Below are positions 35,301 through 44,866 of a stretch of 64,000 bases of DNA, one piece after another. Both the position numbers and the translations under genes were made by a program. The DNA is taken from NCBI GenBank assembly GCA_022840695.1, contig JALHDC010000001.1, positions 2,516 to 66,515 on the forward strand, given 5' to 3'. The notes beneath the pieces were generated by a model. It saw nothing but the letters and a program-made list of their open reading frames with translations. It ran no database searches and was not told where the DNA came from. Every line of letters starts with the position of its first letter. The first letter of the stretch is position 1. This DNA comes from a bacterium. Lineage in GTDB: Bacteria > Patescibacteriota > Dojkabacteria > SC72.

Positions 35301-36248
35301 CTATTTCCTCTTTGATGTCTTAGAAATCTTCTTTTTCCCACTTACCAGATCCCATTTTTCTTTCCTAATAACCAAATATGCCTCCTCTACTTTCTTTTTA
35401 GTTTCATCCAAAAGCTTGTTCTTCCTTTCTAACTCCTGCTGTATGAGAACTTCTTTTTGATATAGTTCATATATACTATTCAAAAATCCAACCAACAAAG
35501 CAACATATGCAAAGAATTTAGCCCATATTGATAGATTCATCATGTTGTAGTATTCAAGGTTTAGAAATGGAAGGAAGAATATTTGAGAAAGAAGTAAAAA
35601 GGAAATTGCAAATATTAACCAAAATTGGAAATTATCATATTGCCACTCTTTTTGGAACATATATCCAATAAAGGAAAGAAGAAGAAACATTAAAGTAATT
35701 ATTCCTGCAAATACCACCCACAATGAATCCTCTATGACATTTGAGAGTACAAATGACGCTACTACTCCAGAAAAAAGAACAAACATACCGACTACAAACA
35801 ACATAATCCTCTTCTCATTCCATTTAGAATTCTTTTCTCTTAGCTCTCTCTTCCCAAAGATCCAGCTAAAAAAGAGAATTAAGGAAAGAAAAGCTCTAGA
35901 CAGTATTGATGAGAAAGGATATATTTCTCCTGGAGTATATGTAAAGAGATTTCTAAAATCCCCAATATCTATAACTAACTGTACAACATCTAATACTCCA
36001 ACAGCCAAAAACCCTATCCCTAAAAGAAGGAAAGTTAAACTTTCTTTCTGTGTATAGTACCTAAGCATAGCTATTAAACCTGCAAATATCGCAAATACTC
36101 CAGAAAGTAGTACTGCGAAGTATTGAAAATCCTTTATCCAAACTATCTCCCCAACAAAACAAGCCAATATTAAGAAAGATAGAAGGGAAATTAACATCAT
36201 AAGAAATTGTAACCCTACATGAGTTCTATCTAATTTTACTCTTTCCAT
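35301..36248 (-). CDS. Multi-TM MASE3-like membrane sensor with a short coiled-coil tail and no output domain
   Basis: About 8 TM segments, FLLLGIGFLAVGVLD motif, C-terminal QQELERKNKLLDE coil. Likely start is 36248/36254. Confidence 0.6.
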   Translation of the reverse strand: MERVKLDRTHVGLQFLMMLISLLSFLILACFVGEIVWIKDFQYFAVLLSGVFAIFAGLIAMLRYYTQKESLTFLLLGIGFLAVGVLDVVQLVIDIGDFRNLFTYTPGEIYPFSSILSRAFLSLILFFSWIFGKRELREKNSKWNEKRIMLFVVGMFVLFSGVVASFVLSNVIEDSLWVVFAGIITLMFLLLSFIGYMFQKEWQYDNFQFWLIFAISFLLLSQIFFLPFLNLEYYNMMNLSIWAKFFAYVALLVGFLNSIYELYQKEVLIQQELERKNKLLDETKKKVEEAYLVIRKEKWDLVSGKKKISKTSKRK

Positions 36249-36264
36249 AGTCATTAATTTAAAA

Positions 36265-36813
36265 TTAAAATACAAACTTAGAAAACGATATATCCACATT
36301 TCTCTCAGCATATGGGGCGCATATCGTAATATTTCCTTGACCATCTTGGGAAATGTAATAACCAGATCCATTTACAGACTTACTTGAAGGGTCTGTGGGC
36401 AGAGAAATAACTCCACCATCTGAACTACCATTAGATGTTAAGAAGGATAGGTCTACAAGCCCCTTACAATCGTACGGACCTATTTTACATATCTCGTTAC
36501 CAACAGCAATGCATTCACTGTTTATTGGTATATTAGAAGGAATCTCTCCTTTAGAATCGATATAGTTGCTTACGGCTGTAAGTATGGATGCAACATCAGC
36601 ACTTCTATGAACATTTCTTTCATCAGCACCCTGTTTTTCTGGATTTAATACTAGATATCCAAGAAACCCTATTACGAAAAATGCAGATATTATTACTAGA
36701 AAATCCAGTATGGAAAATCCTTTATTAAGAGGCTTTCCCTCTACTTTTTGCTGTAATTGCTCCTTATAGAGCAAATCAATACCAGAATTTGGAGCAGTTT
36801 TACCTTCTTGCAT
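36265..36813 (-). CDS. Type IV pilin/pseudopilin-like protein
   Basis: KG|FSILDFLVIIS hydrophobic helix, RNVHRSADVASILTAV, LPTDP. Likely start is 36813. Confidence 0.7.
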   Translation of the reverse strand: MQEGKTAPNSGIDLLYKEQLQQKVEGKPLNKGFSILDFLVIISAFFVIGFLGYLVLNPEKQGADERNVHRSADVASILTAVSNYIDSKGEIPSNIPINSECIAVGNEICKIGPYDCKGLVDLSFLTSNGSSDGGVISLPTDPSSKSVNGSGYYISQDGQGNITICAPYAERNVDISFSKFVF

Positions 36814-37088
36814 ATCTATATAATACATAAGAGTGAGAAAAGTTCCAACTACATTCGCATATCCTTTGAGATAATAATTTATCATTATCCCAGATTTTAT
36901 TATTACCTATAGTTTAATAACTAGTGAATATAGTATTTCACATTAATCGAGAATACTGTTATAACAAGCTTCTCGGCCTCTTAGATCTAATTATCCACAA
37001 TTGAAATATTTATGTGATTAACTGCTCAAAGAAAAAAGTGCCTGTATTAAAAATGCTATAATTTTTCAATAAATTAAGGCTAGAAAAT

Positions 37089-37433
37089 ATGGAATTCTCT
37101 TTAAATGATGATCCTATGATATTAGTGTATGTAACATGCAATAGTATTGAACAAGCTGAAAGCATTGGAGAGCAGATTATGCAGAAGAAGCTTTGTGCAT
37201 GTGTAAATATATTTAAAGAAATGCAACCAATGTTCTTTTGGCCACCTAAAACAGGAAAAATAGATAAAAGTAAAGAAGTCGTATTAATATTGAAAAGTGT
37301 TAAGACTAAATATAGTGATATAGAAAAGGAGGTTACGAAACTTCATACCTACGAAGTGCCTTGTATATTTGCAATACCTGTTACTTTTGTAGCAGATTCT
37401 TACTGGGAATGGTTAAAAGGTGAAATGGAATAG
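37089..37433 (+). CDS. cutA: Divalent-cation tolerance protein CutA
   Basis: LVYVTC, KKLCACVNI, LHTYEVPCI, YWEWL. Confidence 0.92.
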   Translation: MEFSLNDDPMILVYVTCNSIEQAESIGEQIMQKKLCACVNIFKEMQPMFFWPPKTGKIDKSKEVVLILKSVKTKYSDIEKEVTKLHTYEVPCIFAIPVTFVADSYWEWLKGEME

Positions 37434-37441
37434 AGTTTTAA

Positions 37442-37530
37442 CGGAGGGAGAGGGATTCGAACCCCCGGTCCTACGATTGTAAGACAGAGCTTTTCGAGAG
37501 CTCCCCTTTCGACCACTCAGGCATCCCTCC
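37442..37530 (-). tRNA. tRNA-Ser(CGA)
   Basis: GGAGGGA acceptor, GAGCT-CTCGAAA-AGCTC anticodon arm and long variable arm. Confidence 0.92.
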
Positions 37531-37573
37531 TAACAATGCAGTATTATACAATGAATATTGATCAAAAGAATGC

Positions 37574-38254
37574 TTAAACCTCCTCTAAAGGAATGTATTC
37601 ACCATAACTCATCTTGTCTAACCAACCCCACTTCTTTATATCCTCATACAAAATCTTTTCTTGAAGCAATACAAATATTGGATCCTTATCTTTTGAATTT
37701 ACCAAAAGAATTAATGCTTTGGGAAAATTAAGCTTTGTTCTTACAATTAAAAGTATGGTTTCTTCTCTTTTTGTAAAGAAAAAACTATCTAACATATACC
37801 ACTCATACAACTTATCCCCTGTTTCTATTCCCCTAGCAGTTATTCGATGCTTAACCTTCAAAGGTTTAGTTGTACCAGCGACATACAGAAGAAAAAGCAT
37901 AGAAAGGATTGCTGCCATTAATAGGTAGTTACCTAAGATTGCTAGTAACAAAGAAAATAGAAGAGAGAGAACAACTACTATTAAAAATCCCTTATTATCA
38001 AACTTAAATTGATACCTATCAAATGCACTCCATTCAAAAAGCTTAATATTCTGAACAACCTTATCTGTTTGTACAGGATCCTCCTCTAATTTAACTTCCT
38101 TTCGTACAATTTCCCTCCTCCTATTATCTTTCTCCTCCTCTACTGCCTTTTTCTTTGCATCCATTATCTTCTTCTCTCTTTCTCGGAGGCTCTTTTCTCC
38201 AGAAATTATTTCAAGTAGTTTTTCAAAATCCTTTTTCTCTTCATTATTTTTCAT
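37574..38254 (-). CDS. Two-TM membrane protein with a C-terminal PH-like domain (DUF5673-like)
   Basis: FEWSA, two TM segments, ITARGIETGDKLYEWYMLDSFFF. Confidence 0.65.
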   Translation of the reverse strand: MKNNEEKKDFEKLLEIISGEKSLREREKKIMDAKKKAVEEEKDNRRREIVRKEVKLEEDPVQTDKVVQNIKLFEWSAFDRYQFKFDNKGFLIVVVLSLLFSLLLAILGNYLLMAAILSMLFLLYVAGTTKPLKVKHRITARGIETGDKLYEWYMLDSFFFTKREETILLIVRTKLNFPKALILLVNSKDKDPIFVLLQEKILYEDIKKWGWLDKMSYGEYIPLEEV

Positions 38255-38261
38255 ATTTTAA

Positions 38262-38630
38262 TCATATAATAAATGAGAATATTAATACAACAACAAGAAT
38301 AGATATCCCCCAGGTAATTGTTAATATATGGAAGAAATTTAAAAGTAATACTGTTAATAATCCAATTGTTAAAATTGCAGAATATTTTACAGAATACACT
38401 ATTATATTTCTCCTACTATCCCCTCTTCTGAATATTTTTAAAAGAATATAAAATATCGAAGTAAGGATAGATATACAAGATATAGCAATCAAAGATAATA
38501 GTGTAAATATATTTATCCAGTTATATTCTCCTAAATGATTTGTAGGTAGAAAATTCTGATTATTTAACAAATAGTACAAAAGAGTTACAGGTGTAATAGA
38601 GAGAATTATTAATGATAGTACAAATTTCAT
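38262..38630 (-). CDS. Four-TM hypothetical membrane protein
   Basis: 122-aa hydrophobic ORF co-oriented with the downstream gene. Confidence 0.65.
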   Translation of the reverse strand: MKFVLSLIILSITPVTLLYYLLNNQNFLPTNHLGEYNWINIFTLLSLIAISCISILTSIFYILLKIFRRGDSRRNIIVYSVKYSAILTIGLLTVLLLNFFHILTITWGISILVVVLIFSFII

Positions 38631-38706
38631 AATTTTTTATTATCTAGGTTTTAACTTCTTAATTATACCCAATTATTATTTATTAATAATTTTTAATTAT
38701 ACTTCT

Positions 38707-39378
38707 ATGAATATACTAATTATAGAGAATTCAAAGACTCTTTCCCAACTTCTTTTTAAAACTCTTAACTCCTACGGATATTCTGTATCTGTTGATGATA
38801 AAAATTTTTCAAGTCAAAACCTAATTAAAAGTAAAATATTTGATGTATGCATAATGAATACTAATTTAGGTGATACTTTAAGCAAGAAGATATTGAAATA
38901 TATAGTAGATAAATCAACAAATACTAAAATATTAGGGATCTGTAATAGAGGTAGTTGGGTAGAAAAGGTTGAATTTTTAAAAAGAGGTGGAGATGATGTC
39001 CTTACCTACCCTTTTCCAATACAAGAGTTACTAGCTAGAATTCAATCTTTAATGAGAAGACCTAAGAATTATGTAGATAAAAACCTATATATTGGAGACT
39101 TTATGTTGGATTTAGATAATAAGTCTGTATATAAAGACAATGCGGATATGGATATTAGAAAAAAAGAGTATGATCTTTTTGAATATTTAGTCAGGAATAA
39201 AGACAGGGTTATATCAAGATGTGAACTCCTCGATCATGTATGGGATTATAGAGAGTACATAGGGTCTAATACGATAGATGTACATATAAAAAGGTTAAGA
39301 GATAAACTTCAAGATAAGACTTTAATAGAAACTGTCCATGGAGTTGGATACCAAGTAAAAGAGCCTAAAGCATCATAG
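38707..39378 (+). CDS. OmpR/PhoB-family response regulator with a degenerate receiver domain
   Basis: C-terminal KEYDLFEYL...SNTIDVHIKRLRDKL...IETVHGVGY; the receiver lacks the phosphoacceptor Asp. Confidence 0.88.
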   Translation: MNILIIENSKTLSQLLFKTLNSYGYSVSVDDKNFSSQNLIKSKIFDVCIMNTNLGDTLSKKILKYIVDKSTNTKILGICNRGSWVEKVEFLKRGGDDVLTYPFPIQELLARIQSLMRRPKNYVDKNLYIGDFMLDLDNKSVYKDNADMDIRKKEYDLFEYLVRNKDRVISRCELLDHVWDYREYIGSNTIDVHIKRLRDKLQDKTLIETVHGVGYQVKEPKAS

Positions 39379-40492
39379 GCATGACTAGATGGACAAAACT
39401 ATCATCCCCGTCTATCTTAAATACTCCTGGTTTAACTGCTTCTGAACACTCAAAAAGTATATTTTCGGAATCTAAGTGATTAAGTATGTCAGAAAGAAGT
39501 TTTGCACTAAAAGCTATCTTTAGATCCTCTCCCTCTACTTTACAACCAAAGTTACTCTCATTTTTACCTAAATCAGCTTGAGTAGCGGAAAGAGATATTT
39601 GATCTGATTTAGAAGATATATCTAATATCATCTTATTTCCTAAAACAGATCTAGCAATAATATTGACTATCTTTAAAGAATTTAGAAATACTTCTCTCTC
39701 TATACTACATTTAGTTTTAAATCCTGTAGGTATAATCTGTTTATATTCAGGAAATTCACCATCTATTAACCTAGATATTAAATCTATATCTCCAACTCTA
39801 AACATAACTTGATTCTTATCCTCTATTAAATAGATTGATAATAGTTCATCAGAATCATTACTTGTCTCAGAGATTATATATGAAAGCTCTATTAAAGCTC
39901 TTACAGGAATTAAGAAACTCCTATTCTTAGATGTTTTTCCAACCTTAATAACCTGTCTAGATAATCTCAAACCATCAGTTGCTATTAAAGCCACCTGATC
40001 ATCCTCTATTTCAAATTTGACACCTGTTAATACCGGTTTAATATCATCAGTAGCAGCAGCAAAAGCAACTCTATTAATGGCCATAACTAAATCTGCTTTA
40101 TTAATCTGAATAAACGGATCTTCCTTCTTTTCTACAGATGGAATTGTAGGAAAATCATCAGAAGGCATAGTATTAAAACTTGCAGTATTGTTAGATGTTG
40201 ATATATTGAAATTTTGTTTTTCAACTTCTACCTGAACAACCTCTTCTGGAATTGAATTTACAAAATCTGTTAATTGTTTAGCAGGTATAGTTACTTTTCC
40301 CTCATCTGTAATATCAGCACCTATCCAGGTATTGATACTTAGTTCTAAATCAGTTGCCTTGATAATCAATTTATTCTTTTCACTTTCGAATAGTACATTG
40401 TTTAATATTGGAAGACCAGGTTTATTACTAACTACCCTACTTACAATATTCAAATATTTTGAGAATGTATCTTGATTACAAGAAAACTTCAT
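39365..40492 (-). CDS. dnaN: DNA polymerase III beta clamp
   Basis: PILNNVL, ATDLE, KPVLTG, ATDGLRLS, RLIDGEFPEY, LVMPM. Confidence 0.97.
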   Translation of the reverse strand: MKFSCNQDTFSKYLNIVSRVVSNKPGLPILNNVLFESEKNKLIIKATDLELSINTWIGADITDEGKVTIPAKQLTDFVNSIPEEVVQVEVEKQNFNISTSNNTASFNTMPSDDFPTIPSVEKKEDPFIQINKADLVMAINRVAFAAATDDIKPVLTGVKFEIEDDQVALIATDGLRLSRQVIKVGKTSKNRSFLIPVRALIELSYIISETSNDSDELLSIYLIEDKNQVMFRVGDIDLISRLIDGEFPEYKQIIPTGFKTKCSIEREVFLNSLKIVNIIARSVLGNKMILDISSKSDQISLSATQADLGKNESNFGCKVEGEDLKIAFSAKLLSDILNHLDSENILFECSEAVKPGVFKIDGDDSFVHLVMPMML

Positions 40493-40559
40493 ATATGTAT
40501 TTTAATATTTTAATTGAGGCAGTTATGTTATTCATTTTAACATTTTTTTATACCAAAAA

Positions 40560-40935
40560 GAATGAATCTGTCTAATTCTTAATTAATATATATAAATAGT
40601 AATAGTTATAGTAGTAAGTGTGTATATGTAGATAATTATAGAAAGTACTGAAAGAAACATTTCCAGAACAGACTTTTCTTTCATTTTTCTCCTGTGAATA
40701 ATTTAAGTATTAAATTTTCCTTTAACTATGTTAAAAATCTTTTATTAAAAAGATTTCTTACTGTGGATTACTTTGTGGTATATGTGTTGGATAATTACTT
40801 ATATCTTGTGGGTATCGATATTTGCGTAAATCTTTATATACCAATGTTTCTACGAAATTAAAAGATCTTTAGAGTGTGGGTAATATGATAACTTATCAGT
40901 AGATATACAGTACTTATCCACATACTTATCCTCAC
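40560..40935. other. Replication origin oriC (dnaA-dnaN intergenic region)
   Basis: DnaA boxes TTATCCACA 40914-40922, TTATCCTCA 40926-40934, TGTGGGTAA 40875, TGTGGATTA 40762, TGTGAATAA 40693 and TGTAGATAA 40627. Trio-like TAG/TAA repeats at 40597-40617 lie beside an AT-rich tract, and gene orientation changes around here. Confidence 0.9.
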
Positions 40936-42405
40936 CTAACTTCTTAATATCTTAATACACTTATCGATCTTTTCATCTGTTCTACGGTCATTCCCTCTTA
41001 AGGCTTCTATTTTTTCGTATGCATGTATAACTGTTGTATGGTCCTTTCTATTTACTTCTTTTGCTACCCTTTCAAGTGGCATATCCAACTCCTTTCGAAG
41101 TATATACATTACAATCTGTCTGCACTTTGCTACATATGCTGTTCTTCTATTTCCCTTTATTTCATTTGGTTTTACATCAAACACCTCTGATACTGTTTTT
41201 ATGACCTTGGTAGGTGTAATTCTTTTTCTCTTTGTATCAATATCTATTTGCAGTATTTTTGCTACATCCTCTTCTGTTGGATTAATACCTAACTTGAAAA
41301 GAGATACAACTTTAGTTAGTGCTCCCTCTAGCTCCCTTATATTGCTTTCTACATTTTTGGCTATCAATTCTATATATTCATCAGGTATTGAGTAGTTCCT
41401 ATCTGTTAAACACTGTCTTAGTATGGCTATTCTTGTTTCGTAATCTGGTGCTTGGATATCCGCAACCATCCCTCCTTCAAATCTAGATCTTAGTCTATCA
41501 GTGATATTCTTTATTTCCTTAGGAGGTCTATCTGATGCTAGTATTATCTGTTTATTAGCTTGGTATAGGGTATTAAAGGTATGAAATAGCTCCTCTTGTG
41601 TTCTAGGGTATGTTTCCACGAACTGGACATCGTCTATGATTAAAAGGTCCACTGCCCTGTATTTATTCCTAAAATCCTCATTTCTTTTTGTCCTAATAGC
41701 CTCAACCATTTCATTTAGGAATTGTTCTATTGATATGTAAACAACCTTTTTATTTGAATCTTTTCTCAATATCTCATTTCCAATAGCTTGCATAAGGTGT
41801 GTTTTTCCTACACCTGTCTCTCCGTAGTAGAAAACAGGATTATATGCATTTCCAAGATCTTCTAAAACTGCCTGTGCTACAGCCTCTGCTAATCTATTAT
41901 TGGAACCAACTATGAAGTTAGAAAAAAGATACTTAGGGTTTAGGTGTGACTCTTCTAATGACTTTTTATACAAGTGTTCCTCTTTCTCAGCTGAGGAAAA
42001 AAGATCTAGGACCTCTTCTTCCTTTTCCGAACCTGGATTATGATACTCATATCTTGGTTTACTACTTTCTTTAGATTTTTCCCTTAAGTTTATTTCCAAT
42101 TCAAAATTCCTATCACAAGTTTTTTGAAGAGCATTTTTAATTGCATACTGATAATCTTTTAAAATCTTCTCTCTTTTATATGCAGCATCACAAGACATCT
42201 GCACTACTCCATTATTTATTGACTCTATATATACATTCCCAAAGAGACCACCAAATTCTCTCACCCCGATTGCTTGTTTCAAATACTCTTGAGCTACTTT
42301 CCATACTTCATCTGGATCCCATTCATTATCGTTATTACTCACAACAGTAGTGTTACTTGGTATCTTTTCAAAATGATTTTTAAAGTCTGCTTTGTTCATT
42401 AGCAT
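40936..42405 (-). CDS. dnaA: Chromosomal replication initiator DnaA
   Basis: YNPVFYYGETGVGKTHL, LLIIDDVQF, QEELFHTFN, RLRSRFEGG, NIRELEGAL, KDHTTVIHA. Confidence 0.98.
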   Translation of the reverse strand: MLMNKADFKNHFEKIPSNTTVVSNNDNEWDPDEVWKVAQEYLKQAIGVREFGGLFGNVYIESINNGVVQMSCDAAYKREKILKDYQYAIKNALQKTCDRNFELEINLREKSKESSKPRYEYHNPGSEKEEEVLDLFSSAEKEEHLYKKSLEESHLNPKYLFSNFIVGSNNRLAEAVAQAVLEDLGNAYNPVFYYGETGVGKTHLMQAIGNEILRKDSNKKVVYISIEQFLNEMVEAIRTKRNEDFRNKYRAVDLLIIDDVQFVETYPRTQEELFHTFNTLYQANKQIILASDRPPKEIKNITDRLRSRFEGGMVADIQAPDYETRIAILRQCLTDRNYSIPDEYIELIAKNVESNIRELEGALTKVVSLFKLGINPTEEDVAKILQIDIDTKRKRITPTKVIKTVSEVFDVKPNEIKGNRRTAYVAKCRQIVMYILRKELDMPLERVAKEVNRKDHTTVIHAYEKIEALRGNDRRTDEKIDKCIKILRS

Positions 42406-42490
42406 AAATAAAAAATAATAAGGCAGTTTAAAGGGGGGCAGTCACATGGCCGATTGGGACTTTTATCCATTATAATGATTTCGAAAGAAA

Positions 42491-42558
42491 TGTGGATATG
42501 TTTCTAAATAGAATATTAAAATCTCCTAATAAAGGCACTTTTTAACAATGGTGGATAA
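42491..42558. promoter_or_regulatory. DnaA-box-like sites upstream of dnaA
   Basis: TGTGGATAT at 42491-42499 and GGTGGATAA at 42550-42558. Confidence 0.6.
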
Positions 42559-42658
42559 CTCTAGTAATTTTAGAGTCTTTTTATACAATTCTTTTAAATT
42601 TTTAAATATCCCTTATTATACTTGGCATTTTACAATATCAACTGTATAATAACGCTGT

Positions 42659-42841
42659 ATGAAAAGAACATATCAACCAAAAAATGTAAAAAGAATCAAA
42701 AAACTTGGGTTTAGAGCTAGATCTAAAACCGTTGGTGGTCGAAAGGTACTTAAAAGAAAAAGAGCGAAGGGAAAGAAAATCCTTTCTGTGAGTGAGGAGT
42801 ACAAGCTTTTAAGAAAAAAGCATACAAAAAGTATAAGATAG
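42659..42841 (+). CDS. rpmH: 50S ribosomal protein bL34 (C-terminally extended)
   Basis: MKRTYQP...GFRAR...[12 protein letters not shown]. Confidence 0.95.
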   Translation: MKRTYQPKNVKRIKKLGFRARSKTVGGRKVLKRKRAKGKKILSVSEEYKLLRKKHTKSIR

Positions 42842-42847
42842 ATATAT

Positions 42848-43183
42848 ATGCTTCCTAAAAAATTTCGTTTACCGGTAGAAAATTTCGAAAATGTATATCG
42901 TACTGGTAAAAAAGTGCGGGGGAAGTACGGAATGTTAGTTTTTTCTGAGAATAATGTAGATAATCCAAGGATAGGTTTTGTTGTTAGTAAAAAGATAGGT
43001 AATGCTGTCATGCGACATAGAATGACAAGATTACTAAGAAACTCTTTTTTAGATTCGGTTAATGAATTAAATATCTCAGAGGCAAGTTTTGATTTTCAGT
43101 ATGTGGCATTTGTGTATTGTGATAAATATTCCCTACTTAAGGAGGAAGTAAAGAATCAATTAATACAGATAAAGAATGATTAA
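42848..43183 (+). CDS. rnpA: Ribonuclease P protein component
   Basis: RIGFVVSKKIGNAVMRHRMTRLLR. Confidence 0.93.
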   Translation: MLPKKFRLPVENFENVYRTGKKVRGKYGMLVFSENNVDNPRIGFVVSKKIGNAVMRHRMTRLLRNSFLDSVNELNISEASFDFQYVAFVYCDKYSLLKEEVKNQLIQIKND

Positions 43184-43418
43184 ATATATTCTGTTAAAGA
43201 TTATAAAGGGATATCAGAAAGTTTTTTCCTTTGACCATGGTTTTATAGGAAAAGTATTCCCCAACACAAGATATTGCAGATTTGTACCTACTTGCTCGGA
43301 GTATAGTTATGAAGCAATTAATAGATATGGTGTTTTAAAAGGTATTCAAATATCATTTAAAAGATTTGTAAGATGTAATCCATGGAATAGGTCTGAAAGA
43401 TATGATCCTGTTCCTTAA
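43176..43418 (+). CDS. yidD: Membrane protein insertion efficiency factor YidD
   Basis: CRFVPTCSEY, RCNPW, YDPVP. Confidence 0.93.
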   Translation: MIKYILLKIIKGYQKVFSFDHGFIGKVFPNTRYCRFVPTCSEYSYEAINRYGVLKGIQISFKRFVRCNPWNRSERYDPVP

Positions 43419-43470
43419 GCTCGATTTATGATATATTCGCTATCATTGTATTATTTTTATTATTAAAAAT

Positions 43471-44322
43471 ATGTTTTCAGCAATTTGGAACAATATATTC
43501 TACTTTCCAGTTCTAAATCTTTTAGTTATTTTTCATAATATTCTTTTTGATAATTTAGGGTTGGCGATAATCGCCGTTGCTATTATCTTCAGATTTCTAC
43601 TTCTTCCTTTGATGAAGAATCAAACAGAGATGACGAAAAAAATGGCATCTCTTAAACCCCAAATAGATGCATTACAGAAGAAGTATAAGAATAATCCTGA
43701 GAAACTATCTCAAGAACAAATAAAGCTTTATAAAAAAGTAGGCTACAATCCTTTAGGTTGTTTAGTTACTTTTATTCCTCAGTTGTTAGTACTTTCTGTT
43801 TTGATTCAAGTTATTCGAAATGTCACAAATAATGATTTAGATGGCATATATCCTTTTCTTCAAAATTGGTTGAGCGATGGTGGTTCGTTGAGTATTAATA
43901 CAAAGTTTTTATTTTGGGATTTAACAAAATCATACAATGATGTCTCTGCAGAGGTTGGGAAATTTGCAGTAGAATCCTTACTCTACCTTTTCTTAGCTGT
44001 ATTAGTAGGTTTTTCTCAGTACTTAATGTCTAAATTTACACAGAATATACAGGGAACTGAAAAGAAGGAAGAGAAGAAAAAGAAAGAGGCTGATATGTCT
44101 GCTGATGAAATGCAAAAGCAAATGTCTAAATCTTTTATGTATATTCTTCCATTTACAACTGTATTTATTGCTGTAAGTGCTCCTGCTGCATTAAGTCTCT
44201 ACTGGGTAATTCAATCCTTTATGTTAGTAATTCAGTATATGGTATTAGATTGGGATAAGACGAAAAAGGGTGTCCAGAATCTTTTGACAATGAATAGAGA
44301 TAAAAAGGATTTGAAAAAATAA
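43471..44322 (+). CDS. yidC: Membrane protein insertase YidC (short form)
   Basis: LGLAII...RFLLLP, LKPQIDALQKKY, YNPLGCL, ALSLYW. Confidence 0.93.
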   Translation: MFSAIWNNIFYFPVLNLLVIFHNILFDNLGLAIIAVAIIFRFLLLPLMKNQTEMTKKMASLKPQIDALQKKYKNNPEKLSQEQIKLYKKVGYNPLGCLVTFIPQLLVLSVLIQVIRNVTNNDLDGIYPFLQNWLSDGGSLSINTKFLFWDLTKSYNDVSAEVGKFAVESLLYLFLAVLVGFSQYLMSKFTQNIQGTEKKEEKKKKEADMSADEMQKQMSKSFMYILPFTTVFIAVSAPAALSLYWVIQSFMLVIQYMVLDWDKTKKGVQNLLTMNRDKKDLKK

Positions 44323-44361
44323 TGTCCTAATTGTTTGAAGCTAAATTTTTAATATTATCTT

Positions 44362-44841
44362 ATGAAAGATAAAGAAATAATTAAGTTCATGAAAAAAGAG
44401 GTTGATGAATTATGTTCTCTTTTGAATGTTGATTGTGAGAACAGATGTGAAATGGAGGAAGGTGAGGAGGGAGTTAAGTATATAAAAGTGTATTTTGATG
44501 GTGAAGATCTAGGATATATGATTGGAAGTCATGGTAGACATCTTGATTCTATACAGTACATATTGCAATTAATAATGGGAAAAGAGCTGGAACAGGATCC
44601 TAATTATAGAGTTCTTGTGGATGTTAGTGGATATCGAGAGGAAAAAAATAGTAAGTTAGAGGAGATGGCTATGCAAAAAGCAGATGATGTTCGAATTCTT
44701 GGAGAAGAAATAGAATTGCCCCCTATGAAGCCTTCTGATAGAAGAGTAATACATGTTGTTTTGTCTAAATTTGAAGATATAGAAACTGAAAGTATAGGAG
44801 AGGGAAGAGACAGGAGGATTGTCATAAAGCCTATTAAGTAG
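44362..44841 (+). CDS. jag: Jag/KhpB-like RNA-binding protein (KH plus R3H only)
   Basis: MIGSHGRHLDSIQ, VDVSGYR, PMKPSDRRVIH, TESIGEG. Confidence 0.88.
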   Translation: MKDKEIIKFMKKEVDELCSLLNVDCENRCEMEEGEEGVKYIKVYFDGEDLGYMIGSHGRHLDSIQYILQLIMGKELEQDPNYRVLVDVSGYREEKNSKLEEMAMQKADDVRILGEEIELPPMKPSDRRVIHVVLSKFEDIETESIGEGRDRRIVIKPIK

Positions 44842-44866
44842 ACTTAGTAAGTGATAAAATTGCTTA

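Noticed and set aside
36991-36999. Isolated perfect DnaA box upstream of cutA
   Set aside because: A single 9-mer with no cluster can occur by chance, so there is no support for a datA-like site.
42420-42462. GC-rich stretch in the dnaA leader as a riboswitch or structured RNA
   Set aside because: No convincing stem or known motif could be built by eye.
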